Source: Lama glama (taxonomy: Eukaryota). Taken from it: a DNA stretch of 64,000 bases. Shown in pieces: positions 26,910-40,830 of the stretch. Position numbers and translations under genes: made by a program. The DNA lies in NCBI GenBank assembly GCA_028534125.1, contig CM052816.1, forward strand, positions 45,324,001 through 45,388,000, written 5' to 3'. Below the pieces are notes generated by a model that saw only the letters and a list, made by a program, of their open reading frames with translations, was not told the DNA's origin and searched no databases. Every line of letters begins with the position of its first letter. Positions within the stretch are counted from its first letter, which is position 1.

Positions 26910-27560
26910 GCATTTACCTATCAAAACCATAAAGCTCACAATCAGGACTAGCACTGGTGTTGAGAGACTTGTACTTTCAATAAATATCATTAAGACTAAA
27001 TTTTCAACCTTTCTGGATGATAGTTTGGCAATATTTCTAAAAATTTCATTTTTGGGGGGGTGGAGGTAATTGGGTTTACTTTACTTATTTATTAATGAAG
27101 GTCCTGGATGCTACATGGATGGATGCTAAGCATGCACTCAACCACTGAGCTATACCCTCTTTCAAATTTTATTTTTTTTTATCTAGTAATTTCATTTCAA
27201 AGAATCTATGATGTGGAAATGTGACACAGCCTATGCACTGTAGACTTTTTAAATATCAAAAATGGGGACAGGAAAGAACTTACATGTCCACTGCTGGGGA
27301 ATAGTAAACACACTATGATAAATTCTATCTTGAGACAGATATTGTGATGCCATTAAAAAAATATTGAGGTAAACTAAATGGCCTGGAAAATTCTAATGAT
27401 ATAACATTAAGTGAAATGAGATAAAATTGCATGATCTCAATTTTATTATGAAAACCAAAGTATATAAATCTAGACATAAACAGAAACATATAAACAAGCA
27501 GAAGTGTTTATATTTGAATGATGGGGATATATCTGTTTTTTATTTTTAAAATTATAGTTT
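26910..27560 (+). mobile_element. L1ME-like 3' region, interrupted by a SINE
   Basis: caacctttctggatgatagtttggcaatatttctaaaaatt...atctagtaatttcatttcaaagaatctat. Confidence 0.65.
27050..27160 (-). mobile_element. Camelid tRNA-derived SINE, internally rearranged
   Basis: ggaggtaattgggtttac...atgctaagcatgcactcaaccactgagctataccctc. Confidence 0.88.
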
Positions 27561-28479
27561 CTGTTTTACATAACTTCTTAAAACAATGATTAAAGTTATA
27601 ATAAGAAAGAAAAAATATTATTTTAAGAATAAAAAATAGCAGGAAGATTCTTTGCTCCTGATAAGCTACAAAAGTAGAAAATATAATCCTAAAATCAACT
27701 GCCAGAAAATCCTTTTGAGCCAGGGAGGGTTTTTCTAAGTCATACCAAGGATCCTGTTGGACAAACTGTTTATATTTGTGGGCATTTCCTTTTCCATTAG
27801 AGACTTTTCCCAACAAACTTCCTCTATAAATAACCACTTTGTTTCCTGAACTAATACACACTTGACCATTTGTGGTTGTATGAGTTTTCTTAGTTTTTCA
27901 AACGAGAGTTTTTGAGATATTGCAAAATATCTTGTAGAGCATCTGAAAATGAAGTGGACCAACTTTTTCATTTTATCCCTAAAATTCTTAAATAAGCAAG
28001 ATGAAATGCAATTCACAAGCATCTCTCATAACTCCACTTCCTGCAGTTTTACAATTACCTCTGTCCTAATGCTTTATTCAGCTTGATACTGCAAATGCCT
28101 AAGTTCTTAGCACTTCACATTAAGAAGTAATCATTATTCTTCCTGATTCTGGCTCTAGTTAATAAATTATTATGAACACAGACTGAGGTTCTTGTGACAA
28201 TACGTTTTCACCATTTTGACCCTGAGTAAATCAATTTAAATGTTCTCTACATGTTAACCATGCTATTACTAGACTTGGAAAATTTAATTAGCATACACAA
28301 CAGTTAAAATAATTTTCTGAAATAACCTGCTATCACACAAAGCTCATCTCATACATTAAAATGTAGATTTTCCTTAAAAATGGACAGGAGAAAGATGTGT
28401 TAATAGAGAAATAACAATTCAAGGGAGACAAAAGCTAATAGCCCTATTACAGTGCACCTCACCTCCAAGAAAAGTTAAA

Positions 28480-29270
28480 AAGAAAACAAGAAATAAGCAC
28501 TCTTCAAATTATTGGAAAAAATGAACAAATAATCAGAAAAATTAATAGAGGGGGATGAATAAGCAATTCACAAAAGAAAATGCTAAATAAATGTATGCAA
28601 AGATATATAAATGGGACAAGTACTTAGTATAATGTTTGATGCATAATAAATAAAGCTATTAAAGCATACCATATATACATACATGGATATGTATGTATAT
28701 ATACACTAACTATATATGTATATATCTGTATATCTCATAATGGCAAATGCTGAAAAAAAACTTACAATGCCGAGAGTTGTCAACAATGTGGGACAACAGG
28801 CCCTGTCATATTTTGTGATTTGAGTATAAACAGATGTATCCGTTTTGGGAAATACTTTGATAATATATTTTAAAGTAAAAAATTATATATGTATCTTTTG
28901 AAAGAGCCATTCCACTGCTCAAAATTCATCCTGTGGAAAACATAAACACAAGTATACAAAGATGCCTATACAGGGATATTTATAATAATAATGTTATGAA
29001 GAAACCCTGGAAATAGTCCAAAAGTCTACCAATAGAGGGTTGGTGAAATAAATATAATAGAAATTACAGTATGAAATGCGACTGATACACACTGACATAG
29101 AAAACTGCCCCGTAAATGAAAAGTAGATTGCAAAATACTACATATCCTGTTTTTGTTGTGTGTATATATGTGTACGAGTGTGTGCATACACATGTATTAG
29201 AATACACAGAAAAAAGGTAGAAGAATAAGTGCCAAATATCTTTAATGTGAAGTTATAGCTGAGATTAAAT
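28480..29270 (+). mobile_element. L1ME-like 3' region
   Basis: ggatgaataagcaattcacaaaagaa; ccattccactgctcaaaattcatcct; ctggaaatagtccaaaagtctaccaatagaggg. Confidence 0.7.
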
Positions 29271-29575
29271 ATTATTATACTATTGTTATTCTAATAAGTA
29301 CTGAGGCTTGGAAAAACCTACTATTGATATTACTGAAGTCATCATAAATAAATATATTTATATGACACTACTCTCTGAGGATAATATTAGAATAAACCTA
29401 GTTGTTTCTGGAAATAGAAAAATACAGTTCCTCATCTTTCAACATAAATGAAAACTAATGTTCTATTATTTTTCACAACTTGTGAAAATACCAAAAAGGA
29501 CTCCACAGAACTGAATGGCTACTTAATCTTTCACTTCAGATTGTATTTATATTTAGATAAAACTATAAAAATACC

Positions 29576-29945
29576 AGTTATGGACTGAATGCTTGTGTCT
29601 CCCCTCCCCTCAAATTTGTATGTTGAAACGCTAACCCCCAATGGGATGTATCTGCAGGTGGCACCTTTGGGAAGAAACTACTGTTAGATTAGGTCATAAG
29701 GGTGAGGTCTAATGATGGGATTAACGACCCTATAAAAATAGGAAGAAACATTAAGGTCTCTCTCTGCACACACCAAGGAAGGCCACGTGAGGGCAAGATC
29801 ACCTAGAGAGCCCTCACCAAAAACCTGATCCCTGCTGTCACTCCGATCTCAACTTCTCGCCTCCACAACTGTGAGAAATAAATGTTTATTGTTAAAGTCA
29901 CAGAAGAGTCAATGGTATTCTGTTCTATCGGCCTGAAATGAAACA
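29576..29945 (+). mobile_element. MLT1A-like MaLR solo LTR
   Basis: gttatggactgaatgcttgtgtctcccc...aaatttgtatgttgaaacgctaaccccc...cctccacaactgtgagaaataaatgtttattgtt. Confidence 0.9.
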
Positions 29946-30304
29946 GTATCATAGAAGAATGCAAGGTTTAGTGGCAGTTTTCTCATTTATGACAACAAAT
30001 AACACAAAGCAAAACAAACCAAACTCCTAACTTAGGTTAATAAAAGCTTCTGAGTTTCATAAATATTCAAGAGTGTATGGTTTGCAATCCTAATGTCGAT
30101 GATACAAAAGAAAAGGACAGAAATAGTTTAAATAATAGATTCAGAATAACTGGAGGGAGTAAAATGGTAAGCGGCCCTTCAGGAATTCATATGGTCAATA
30201 ACGTTTAGTCAGGCTTGTCAGGCTTGCCTGATAGATCGCATGTAATTATTCCTTCATATGAGACACACATTCACAGACCCATACGCGGGGCTGTCGTGAA
30301 GTGA

Positions 30305-30522
30305 CCCCTCCTCTGTGCCAGGCACTGAGCATGCATTTTCTCTACATGCACTGTCTCACTCTACCCACGTCACACCCCTATGACACAGGTTTTACTATAC
30401 CTGTTCCACAGATGGGGAACTGCAAGTTCTCAGAGAATAACTTGGTCTGGGTCACAGAACTAGAATATGGCAGAGCTGGTATTTGACTTCTAGTCTATCT
30501 ACCTATAGAAGCCTCTGCTCTC
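30305..30522 (-). mobile_element. MIR SINE
   Basis: tgtgccaggcactg...acagatggggaactg...ggtcacagaactagaatatggcagagctggtatttga. Confidence 0.85.
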
Positions 30523-31354
30523 TTTGCTGTATTCCAATCAACAAAAATTTCACAGCCACCTCTTACGCTATCAGTTGTACGATAAATTTGATAAAGTACA
30601 CTTTTTTAGGTCCCTGTATTTCTGTATGTGGGTGTTGTAAATATTAAGCACATATACTAAGAGCTGGATGCCTACGTACTAGAAATAAGAGTCAGAGTTG
30701 CATCTGGCCGTGGGTGCTTATTTATAAATGTCTGGCTCAATAAATAAATATTCTTACAACACTATTTGGTGATGCTACACCTTTACATAGAAGGATATCA
30801 GAGGTGAAGTTTGAATGACTTAAATAATGTCTAATTTTTACTCAAATACAAGACATGGTAAAATTGGTTTAATTGGTTTATTGGAAACCCTATACAGTGT
30901 TCAATGAATGCTATTTATGGAGAGAAAGAGGAAGGGAGGTAATATATCTGTGAATTTCTCTAGTAATTATGACAAATAAAATGATCCTGAGACTCCATTA
31001 ACTTAGAATATTAAACTGATCACAGGAAATTCTCATCTTTGTCCTCTAAACTCTTCTTGAGTATTATGCTTGTGTGTCTGAAGTAATACACTACATCATA
31101 GGGACACAGCTATAGAATTTAAAAAAAACCATAATCATTATTCAAATTACACTCAATAATGGCAAATATATGCTAGACACATTTTAAAGCTTTTATATGC
31201 CTTCCCTTCACTATCCACAGCTATGAGCAGTTTACAAAGAACTTTGTCATGCTATTTGATATTAGCCAAACCAGGTCACTATAGTGAGATCATTTGTGAT
31301 GAATAGAACTTCCTATTTGTGGATATATCATAAAGAAGTGACGAGGATTTGCAG

Positions 31355-32055
31355 TCCTGCATGCAAATGAATTTGAAAACCTAACAAAACGGATAAATTC
31401 CTAGTTAAATACAGACTACCAAAATTGTTCCCATTTGATTTAGGAAGCTTAAAAAGATCAATTTCTATAGAAAACTAGAAAAAGTTGTTAAGAGACAACT
31501 CCAAAAAAGTAATAGGCCCGGATGATTTCACAGAGGAAATCTACCAAATCTTCTGACATCAGATAGTCTCATGTGCTTCCTAAGTCCTTTAATAAAATAA
31601 GTAAAACATTGTTGCCTAAGAAAATAAAGGCAGTCCAAAGGGAAAAAAATATAGACCAGTATCACTCATGAATGGTGATACAGTAATACTAAATGAAAAA
31701 TAAATAAAGAGAATCAAAGTCCACATAAGAAATAATACAGTGACCAACAGAGTTTTCTTCCAGGAATGGTAGGTATGCTCTATTTAATAATATGTATCAT
31801 ATTAATGTATTAAGATACATGAATAAAATTATATGCTTGTCTCCAAAGATGGAGAAAGCCAGTAAATGTGAACCAAATTTGAACAAGGTTTGTCATTTAG
31901 TTAATAGCATTTTACCAGTTAATTTCCTGACTTTGATTATTGTACTACGGTTATGTAAGTTTGTATGTATGTGCCCTTGGGTGAAGGGTATATGTAAACC
32001 CTGACAATTTTTTCAAAATTTATGTTTAAAATCCTTTCAAAAATAAAATGTAAAA
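31355..32055 (+). mobile_element. Old L1 (ORF2 fragment joined to 3' end)
   Basis: aatgaatttgaaaacctaacaaaacggataaattcctag; aggcccggatgatttcacagagg; aatttcctgactttgattattgtactacggttatgtaag. Confidence 0.75.
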
Positions 32056-34819
32056 GAAGAGGGAGATTGATAGAGGACAGAACAACTTTACAGGAGGGCT
32101 ACTAAGACAGTGAAAAGATGCAAGGGCATGTTCTGTGTGGAAATATTTGAACAAATCAGAAATGTTTAACTTGGAAAAAAACAACAGTGACAAACTGTAG
32201 GATTATTAAATTGAATTATTATTTTTTCCCTGTATGAACCCAGCAATAAGATTCTGAGTCAGAATCTAAAAGACTTCTACTCTATGTGAAAAATCCTGGG
32301 AGGAAATACATGCATTCTCATGGAGGAGTTCAAATATAAAGTGAATGAACATTCATCAGTGATGCTGTAAAAATTACTCAAGGATTAGATGGAGGCTGGA
32401 TTCAATGCTTTATAAAGTTCCCCTCTCGCTTAGGTTCCACCTTCTGTGCGAAGAAGAGGATCAACAGACTTAAGAGAAGCCATGAGGGGTGTAATTCAAT
32501 GCAGAAGCTGGAATTTTTCTCAGAGACACAGCAATGGTCAGAAAAGCTGAGGTTGGTCCTAGAAGAGCTAAACCTAACCTCAGCTAAGAGAATGAGGTAA
32601 GAGTAGGAGAATGGGTCATATAATCAGTAGCTATAAAAGGTCAAATAAGCTGAGTATGTTTAGAATAAGAAGTTTAAGAAGCTGACAAGTTTTTGGACAG
32701 GGGTTTGAATCATGATATGCTTTGAGGACATGCCTGGAAGTTTATTAAGGCAAGTGAGATATTTTCGAACCTTCCACTCCATGATTCTATGACCTTGTGG
32801 GGAAGTATATTCTCAATATCTCTTTACTTTGGAGCTCTGAATAAACAGAAAATGCTAGTTGAAAGCTGCTACTTCTATTCACATATATATGTGTGTGTGT
32901 TTGTGTGTGTGTGCTGTGTACACACTCATGTGCAGTCATGTAACACCTACTTGAGACAATCCATGAAGAGAAACTGACATCTCTCTCCCATAGGTTTATG
33001 TTAATTTTCTCTATTTTCTCTAATCCTTAGACAATAGGGAAATAAGCTCCCTATATTTATTTATATCTTTTCATGATTTTCTTTTTAAATAATTCAATGA
33101 AAATGAAGACTCTCATCATATCATACTTCCAATACAGTGCCATTACTTCCATTTAGTTTTCATTAGAATACATGTATTTGTCCTCGATATTAATAGCACT
33201 TCTAATATAGCTAGAAAAATCAGACTGTTTCCAGAAGACTGAGTCATCTATAAAAGGGTTAGTTCACTTCAGGAGCAGGATGATCAGAATGGGTTATAAT
33301 TGAGATCTGTTAACATCTAAAGTAAAACATGATGCTGAAACACTACAAAACTAAAATACTGAAAAACTAAAACAATTGTAATCAACTTTAAAATTAAGTT
33401 ATGCACTTTTTTCATTATGAGGAAAGAAATTCTTAGCTTAAATAGAAAAGAATTCACTTAGCCCTTAGCACTTAATAGTTAATCAATAAGCAATTTGCTG
33501 ATTTTCTTTAAGTTTGAATTCATATGAATTAGCAAGAAAGAAAAAAGCAAGTGTTTTAGAAGTACGAAACAACCTATCATCACTGGTATGTGATTTTTAC
33601 TATTACTGACATTTATTAATGGGTCTGGATCTTACAGCTCAGAGGTAGGAATATTGAGTTAAGTCAGTCTTCATTGTCCCATGCTCTGTATGGCACGACT
33701 CTCTGAAACTCTTTCTCAATCAGTCTATCCTTCCATAGTCACATAACTGTAGCCCCATATTAAAGCACATTATCTGTTTAGGGACAATTCTCAGGGCTAT
33801 ATTCCCTTTGCTTCCACGCTGGCTCTTGACTCTGCTAAATTCTCTTCCTCTGCACTTGGCATAATAAGACTAGGGATTCTCCTTCAGCTTGCTTCCTTTT
33901 CCTGAAACACCTGAGAAGCCAATCCAAGAAAAACAGGTGACTATTACATTCAATGTAAATCACTCAATAGAGACTACCTCTCAGTACTCTAAATAGAGTT
34001 ACTTCTGGTAACCAATGAAATCAATCAAGGACAGATTTCACTGTTTACTTTAGCTTACCTTTAGTTAAGCACTGTTCAGTTATAAGATAAACAAGAAAGC
34101 TGGAAGAATTTCTAGCACAAATTTGAAAAAGTGACGAAAATGTTTTTAAAAATTTAAAGGTGTAAGAAGCCTTCTTTTGTTAACTTTGAGTATCATATAA
34201 TTTCTCATAGACTCATAGGATAATCTGGCTCAGTGACAAAGTAGCAGTAACAAGTCTATATTGGGTGTTCTGCTTCATAGACAAAAGTACATTTTTAATT
34301 TTACAGGCTCTTTAAGACCTTTCTTCAAATCATGCTGTGTGATTTAAATCTAAATTCAAAAATTCATTAGTCTTGGTAAAAAGCATTTGATATTTTACAC
34401 ATGTGTAAGAAAATTTTTTTCTCATGAGATATGACATGCCTCATGCAGTATTCAAAATGCTGAGACATTAGTATTATTTGACGACTTCCAGGTAATTTAG
34501 ATATTTTGCTAATCATATTATTGTGTATAATTTTATGCTATTGCATAGAGAAAGTGTGAAAGTTTTCTCTAAACCCACATTTGTGTAAACTTATTTTAGT
34601 TGTTAAGACTTTTCTTTTTTCCAGTTCACATATTTCCATTAAGAGGTAAGTGAAGCTGTGCATTCTTCATTTATTAACTTTTACCATAAATTCTGTAATT
34701 AATCACTGACCTCCAGGCTGAATTCCAATTTACAAGCTAACTTAACCAAATATTCATAACATAGTATGATTGGTACAATCATAGGATTTATAAAGGGTTC
34801 TGAGTCTACCAAGGCTATA

Positions 34820-35525
34820 TATACAGGAGGTAGTGTTTTAATCCGAAAATAGATACTTTAAAGAGTTGATATTTAAATTGATGTTTACAGGGGGAAAAAT
34901 AGGTATTTTGGGGGAGACAAAAGGAAAGAAAAGCATTGGAAAAATAGAAAAACACAGAAGGTACATTCAAACTTACAGGCATAAGAGACCATGGGAAATC
35001 TCAAGTGATTCAATTACAAATGGTAAATGGAGAGGATGGTGGGAAGGATGCTAAAAGAAGCTGGTTCAACAGTTTAGTGTCAAATTATGGATAACCTCAC
35101 AATTCATGGCCTGAAAGGTAATGAAAAGCAACTCCTGGGTTTTAAGCCTCAGCCTGATATGATCATCTCTGCATTTCAAAATTTAGTGGCTGGACTGTAA
35201 AAGGAAGAAACCAAAAATAAGAACACAAGTTAAGAGGCAACTCAATAGGCCAGACAAGGATAACACAGCTGAACTGAAGAAACGGTGGTGAAATAAGAGA
35301 TGAAGATGAAAATGATAAAGTGGGTAAGGAAGGCATTTAGGAGTTAGACTAGGAAATAATTAGTGATCAACAGGATATAAAGTGTAAGGGGAAAAAAAGT
35401 AGAAAAGCTCTCAAGTTAACAGCCTGGGTACCTGGGGGGATGGTGGGCTTCTCACAAGGAATGTAAGTCAAAACACACATTTAAGAGATCAATTTTAAAC
35501 CCGCTAAATATGACAGCTGCATATC
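34820..35525 (-). mobile_element. Degenerate L2
   Basis: gatatgatcatctctgcatttcaaaa; caagttaagaggcaact; cagcctgggtacctggggggatggtgg. Confidence 0.65.
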
Positions 35526-35604
35526 ATTCCAGTAAAAATGTTTATTGAACTTCTGAATAAATAATAGCAGTCCCTAAATAAACTCAGCTTACAGAGATCT
35601 TCTC

Positions 35605-38228
35605 CAAAAAACACATTCTAATAACACTGTCAAAAATCAAGAACAAAGAAAGAATCTTACATGCAGCAAGAGAAAAAATACTTGTAACTTACAAGACACG
35701 CTCCACAATGCCATCAGTGGATTTCTCAGTAGGAGTCTTACAGTCCAGAAGAGAGGGGGATGATATATTCAAAGTGCTGAAAGAAAAACCTACCAATACT
35801 CTACCTGGCAAAGCTGTCCTTTAGAAATTAAGGAGAAATAAAGACTTTTCCAGACAGCGACTGAAGAAATTCATCACCACTAGACCTGCCTTACAAGCAA
35901 GAAAAGCTGAAAGGTGTTCTTTAAGCTGAAATGGAAGGATACTAATGAGTCACAGGAAAACATGAAAATATACAACACACTGGAAAAGCTAAGTATATGG
36001 TCAAATTCAGAATATTCTAATACAGTAATTACACAGTGTGTTGACCATTTTACACTATTAAAACCATTAAAGGACATAAGAATTAAAAATAATTATAATG
36101 ACATCAATTTGTTAATCAATACACAATATAAAAAGTAAATTGTGACCTCAAAAACAAAACGCAAGGAGTGAAAGAGTAGTCTTTGTATGCAAACGAAGGT
36201 AAGTTATTATCAGCATAAAACAGACTGTTTAATCAATAAGATATTTTACATAAACCTCATGGCACCCACAAAGCAAAAACCTATAGTAGATATACAAAAG
36301 ATAAAGAGGAGGGAATCAAAGTATATCACTATGGAAAATCATCAATTCAAAGAGGAAAATAGGACAAGAGAGAAACAAAAGAACCATAAAATAGCCAAAA
36401 AATAATAAGATGTATTAGCAAGTCCTTATCCATAACTACTCTCAATGTAAATGGATTAAATTCTCCAACAGAATGGCTGGATGGATTAAAAAAAAAACCA
36501 ACTATACACACCACTTACAAGAGACTCACTTCAGCTTTATGGACCCACATGGGCTCAGAGAAGGAATGGAAAAAGACGATACACCAAGTGAAAACCAAAA
36601 GTGAGCAGGGGTAGCTATACTTACACCCAACAAATAGACTTTAAATCAAAAGGTGTAGCAAGAGATAAAGGAGACCACTATATAATGATAAAGGGTAAAT
36701 TCATCAAGATGATATAGTAATCATAAATATATATGTACCCAACATCAAAGCACTCGAATATATTAAACAAATATTAACCAATCTGAAGGGAGAAACAGAC
36801 AAGAATATAATAATAGTAGGGGACTTCAACAGCCCACTTTCACAATAGATGTGTCATCCAGTCAGATAACCAATAAGGAAATGTTGGACTTGAACTATTC
36901 TCTTGACCAAGTGGGCCTAACAGACAACGGAACATGCCATCCAACAGCAACAGGATACAAGTGTTCTCAAGTACATAGAGAACATTCTCTAGGATAGATC
37001 ATAAATATTAGGCTACAAACAAGTCTTAACAAATTTAAAAAGACTAAAATCATTCCAAGTATCTTTCCCAACCACAACAGTATGAAAGTAGAAACCAATT
37101 ACAGGAAGAAAACTGAAAAATTCACAAATATGTGGAAATCAAACAATATACTCCTGAGCAACCAATGGATCAAGGAACGAATCAAAAGGAAAATAAAAAA
37201 AGTCTTGAAACAAACAAAAATGGAACACAATATACCAAAACTAGTAGTATGCAGCAAAAGCAGTTCTAAGATGAAGTTTATAGTTATAAAAGCCAACATT
37301 AAGAAAAAAGAAAGATCTCAAGTAAAGAAGCTAACTTCACACCTCAAGGAACTAGAAGAAGAACAAACCAAGCCCAAAGTTAGCAGAAGGAAGGGAATAA
37401 TAAAGATCACAGACTGTTGCGGGAATGTAAATTGTTACAACTACTACAGAAAACAGTATGGAGGTTCCTCAGAAAATTAAAAATAGAATTATCATATGAC
37501 TCAGCAATCCCACCTCTGGGTATATACACAAAGGAAATGAAATCAGGATCTTGAAGAGATATTTGCACCTCCATGTTCACAGCAGCATTATTCACAATAG
37601 CCAAGATATGGAAACAACCTATGCATCTGTGTGTGGGTGAATGGATAAAGCAGATGTGAGACATATATTGCCATATATACAATACAATACAATATTATTA
37701 AGCCACAAGAAAGAAGGAAATCTTGCTACGTGCAGTGACATGGATAAACCTCAAGGGCATTATGTTAAATAAAGTAATTCCGACAAAGAAAGATAGATAT
37801 TGTATAATCTCACTTGTATGAGGAATCTAAAAAAGCTGAACTCATTGAAACAGATATTAGAACGGTGGTTGCCATGACCTGAGGATGGGGGAACGGCGAG
37901 ATGTTGGTCAAGAGGTACAAACTTCTAGTTATAAGGTAAATGAGCTCTGGGGATCCAACGTGCAGCATGGTGACTATCATTAACAATACTGTATTACATA
38001 CCTGCAAGCTGCTAAGAAAAGAAATCTTAAATGCTTTTACACCCTGCCCCAAAACATGTAAAATGTAATTATGTGAGGTGACTAAGGTGTTAACTAACCC
38101 TATTGTGGTAATTAGTTCACAACAGATGTATGTATCAAATCATCACACTGTATACCTTAAACTTACTCAATTATGTATGTGAATTATATTTCAATAAAGC
38201 TGGGGAATTTTAAGAAATAAATAAATAA
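35605..38228 (+). mobile_element. L1MA9/10-like LINE-1: ORF1 C-terminus, spacer, ORF2 EN domain, internal deletion, ORF2 end and 3'UTR
   Basis: ORF1 (gcagcaagagaaaa...ggatgatatattcaaagtgctgaaagaaaa), EN motifs (aatgtaaatggattaaattctcca; ataatagtaggggacttcaac) and 3' end ttatatttcaataaagctgggg. Frameshifted throughout. Confidence 0.92.
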
Positions 38229-38274
38229 ATGCAGAGTACTTGGCACACAGTAAGAAAAGGAAATGAAACAAACA

Positions 38275-38870
38275 GAATAAATTAAAAGAGAAAGAAAAAT
38301 CAGATAAAATTCAAAAGTAAAAGTAAATTTAAAAAACAAGTGTAGAAATTGATGAAACTGAAATGAACTGGAAATAAATGCACAATAGAGAATATCAAGA
38401 AGTCAAAAGTTGAATTTGAGAAAGAACAATAATATTCATAAACCCCCCAGCAAGACTGATCAAGAGAAGATACACATTGTCAGTACCAAGAATGAAAAAG
38501 ATTCATCACTACAGATCTTATAGACATTGAAAAATTTGAATAGTTAAATGAAATGGGAGCATTCCTAGAAAAAAAGACAAAGGAAGAACTGCAGATAAAA
38601 AATATGAATACTTCTATATGTTTAAAAGAGAATGGAGCTATAATTAAGTCTTCCTGCAAAGAAAACCTGAGGCCTAGCTGGCTTCATGTGTGACATCTTC
38701 AAAAATAATAAAGAAGAAATAACACTCAACTTGCAAACTTTGTTAGCTAATAGGAAAAGAGACATCATTTCCCATTTTTATGAAATTATCAAAATCTTGA
38801 TTCTAAATTTTGACAAAAATATTGTAAAAATAATAGCTTGTGAATATTAATGCATTAGAATCTATTTATT
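38275..38870 (+). mobile_element. Older L1 ORF2 fragment
   Basis: aaaccccccagcaagactgatcaagaga; catcactacagatcttatagacattgaaaa; gaaaacctgaggcctagctggcttca. Confidence 0.75.
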
Positions 38871-40651
38871 TATTCTTATATTGAGATTAAAGCAATATTA
38901 AAAATACAGATTTTTTAAAAAAACTGGAATAAATTCACATAAATATTCTATGTGAACAAAGGAGAAAAGTAACCTATACTTACTTACAAAGATTAGTCAG
39001 TTTTGGTCTAATAATTCTATAATATTAAAACCAGCTAAAGGTTAATATATTTTATATTTCATTTATTATAACTGATCTGGTAACAAAGAACTTTTTGCAA
39101 AAGCCTCAGAGGGCTTTTTATTTTATGAGTCAGTTGATCTGGACATTCTTATATAATAGTTTATTTCTCTCTTTGAAAATCCTTTTAGAAGCATCAAGAG
39201 AGTTTCTTCTAATTAGCATCACTTTCATCGGGTCCCATTTATGAAAGCTGGGTGTGCATACATGTGATGCTAAAACTGCCACCAAATAAGCCCTGTCCTG
39301 CCAGGGAGCTCATGAAAGGGATGGCTGCTGGCCACCAGGACCTGTCTCATGGTTACTTTGTACTTGACAAAGAATGGTGAAGAACTTTCTGAAATTAATC
39401 CTGGCAGCCCAAGAATTAAATTAATGCCAAGAGCAGTAAAATGTCATCATATAATTTTGAAAAGACACATCGGTCTTTTCTAGAAGATTTTTAGAATTTT
39501 ATATGGACAAAATGTAATACTACATTTTAATACTATTGTTGTACTACTACAAATTAATCAGGTTGAGGGAATCTTATTGATCTCAATAAAAAGACAAAAC
39601 AAGTATATATGGTATCTCACTGGGGGTGTGTGTGTGTATCATATGGCTAGCCTCCTCTGGTTGAATGGGGAATGGGATATGAGTCTGGCTGCCCATGTCT
39701 GAAATACATCTGCACACATCAATAACAAGTATTTATTAAGAACATAATGGATGATCGTAATTGATCAGTGGCAATAATGATATTAAAATAACTTCTGCTT
39801 ATGTAGTACTTTTACTTTCAAAGATTTTCACATCTATTAACTCATTTTTTTCTTCACAATAACCTGTAAAATATTTGATAATTGTAGATATCGTCCTCAT
39901 AAGACCGAATAGACTACTCTTTCTTATTTAGCATTGTTATTTTTCCCTCTAAATCCTCAAGCTTAATTATTATAAAAAGTCTTGTTTTGTTTTGGTGGAG
40001 TCAATAAAAGGCGCTGAATGGTCCTCAGAGCTTTGAGATACCAGATTCAGGATTAAGCCATGTCTATATGCATGTGTACAAAAATCTGTTAGATTTCAAG
40101 ACTAGTGCACTTTAATAACAATCTATTAAAAGGACCTAGTTGACCTTGTCTCCTTCCCATGCACTTTTGCTGACACTCTCCATTCATTCTGATACAGTCT
40201 CCTGGTATTTAGGAATCTTATGAACGATGGTGCAGCCTGCTATGCTCCCCACCCCACCAAAGATCAGACTCTTCAGAAAACATGCCACACTCCAAACTTT
40301 TCACAGATTTTACTCATTAACATTTTCACAGCTCCTTGATTTCACTAGGTTATTTGTTTGTCTTAATCTAACAAGTTAAACTATGGGAAGGTATAAATTG
40401 CTCTGAATTGTGTGATATATGAACTCACCTGAGAAAACTGCATCTATCAACGGAACTGGGGAGGCAGTAGTTTCTCACTTAAAGAGAGAATAAGTGAAAG
40501 TAGAGATTTAGATGGTGTGGCAGGAAGGCAAAAGTCTTCGTGGTACTCCTTCAGTCAGACCTCTTAGTCAACTGCTTCCACCATCTACCAGTCAAGCTGC
40601 CTGGGAACACAATGGCTAAGGAGGCAGTGTGCTCTGCCTGAATGTACTTAC

Positions 40652-40830
40652 AGGTCGCCGTGGATGAGTCCGTAGATCTGTGGCATGCTCTGATGATAGA
40701 TTCCTCTCAAAATAACTATGAGGAGAATCACCACAAAAACTGGAAGTCCCCAACTCAGAAGGAAAAACAGAAGATAGCGCCTTTCTGTGTGTTCATCATT
40801 CATCACCAGCACGTACCAGAAATTCACAGA
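40652..40830 (-). CDS. ADGRV1: ADGRV1 internal coding exon, 179 nt, phase 0-2 (end of TM3, ICL2, TM4, start of ECL2)
   Basis: Minus strand reads tttctttccttAG|TCT GTG AAT...GGC GAC CT|GTAAGT and translates to [59 protein letters not shown](L). It is in frame with the 117-nt exon and has the class B2 GPCR WGLP motif. The ORF track misses it. Confidence 0.96.

Larger units (their letters stand above)
1..40651 (-). other. ADGRV1: ADGRV1 intron (phase 2), continues beyond the window start
   Basis: GTAAGT donor at 40651. No downstream TM5-TM7-like coding exon was seen in 1-40651. Confidence 0.85.

Noticed and set aside
29470..29488. Palindrome ttttcacaa-c-ttgtgaaaa
   Set aside because: A short AT-rich inverted repeat with a 1-nt loop, plausible by chance in 64 kb.
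30208..30231. gtcaggctt duplication with a small inverted repeat (similar short duplications near 10110-10149 and 12218-12238)
   Set aside because: Ordinary slippage-scale micro-duplications with no further structure.
35880..38052. Cluster of ORFs of 65-132 aa
   Set aside because: Fragments and antisense frames of a frameshifted L1.
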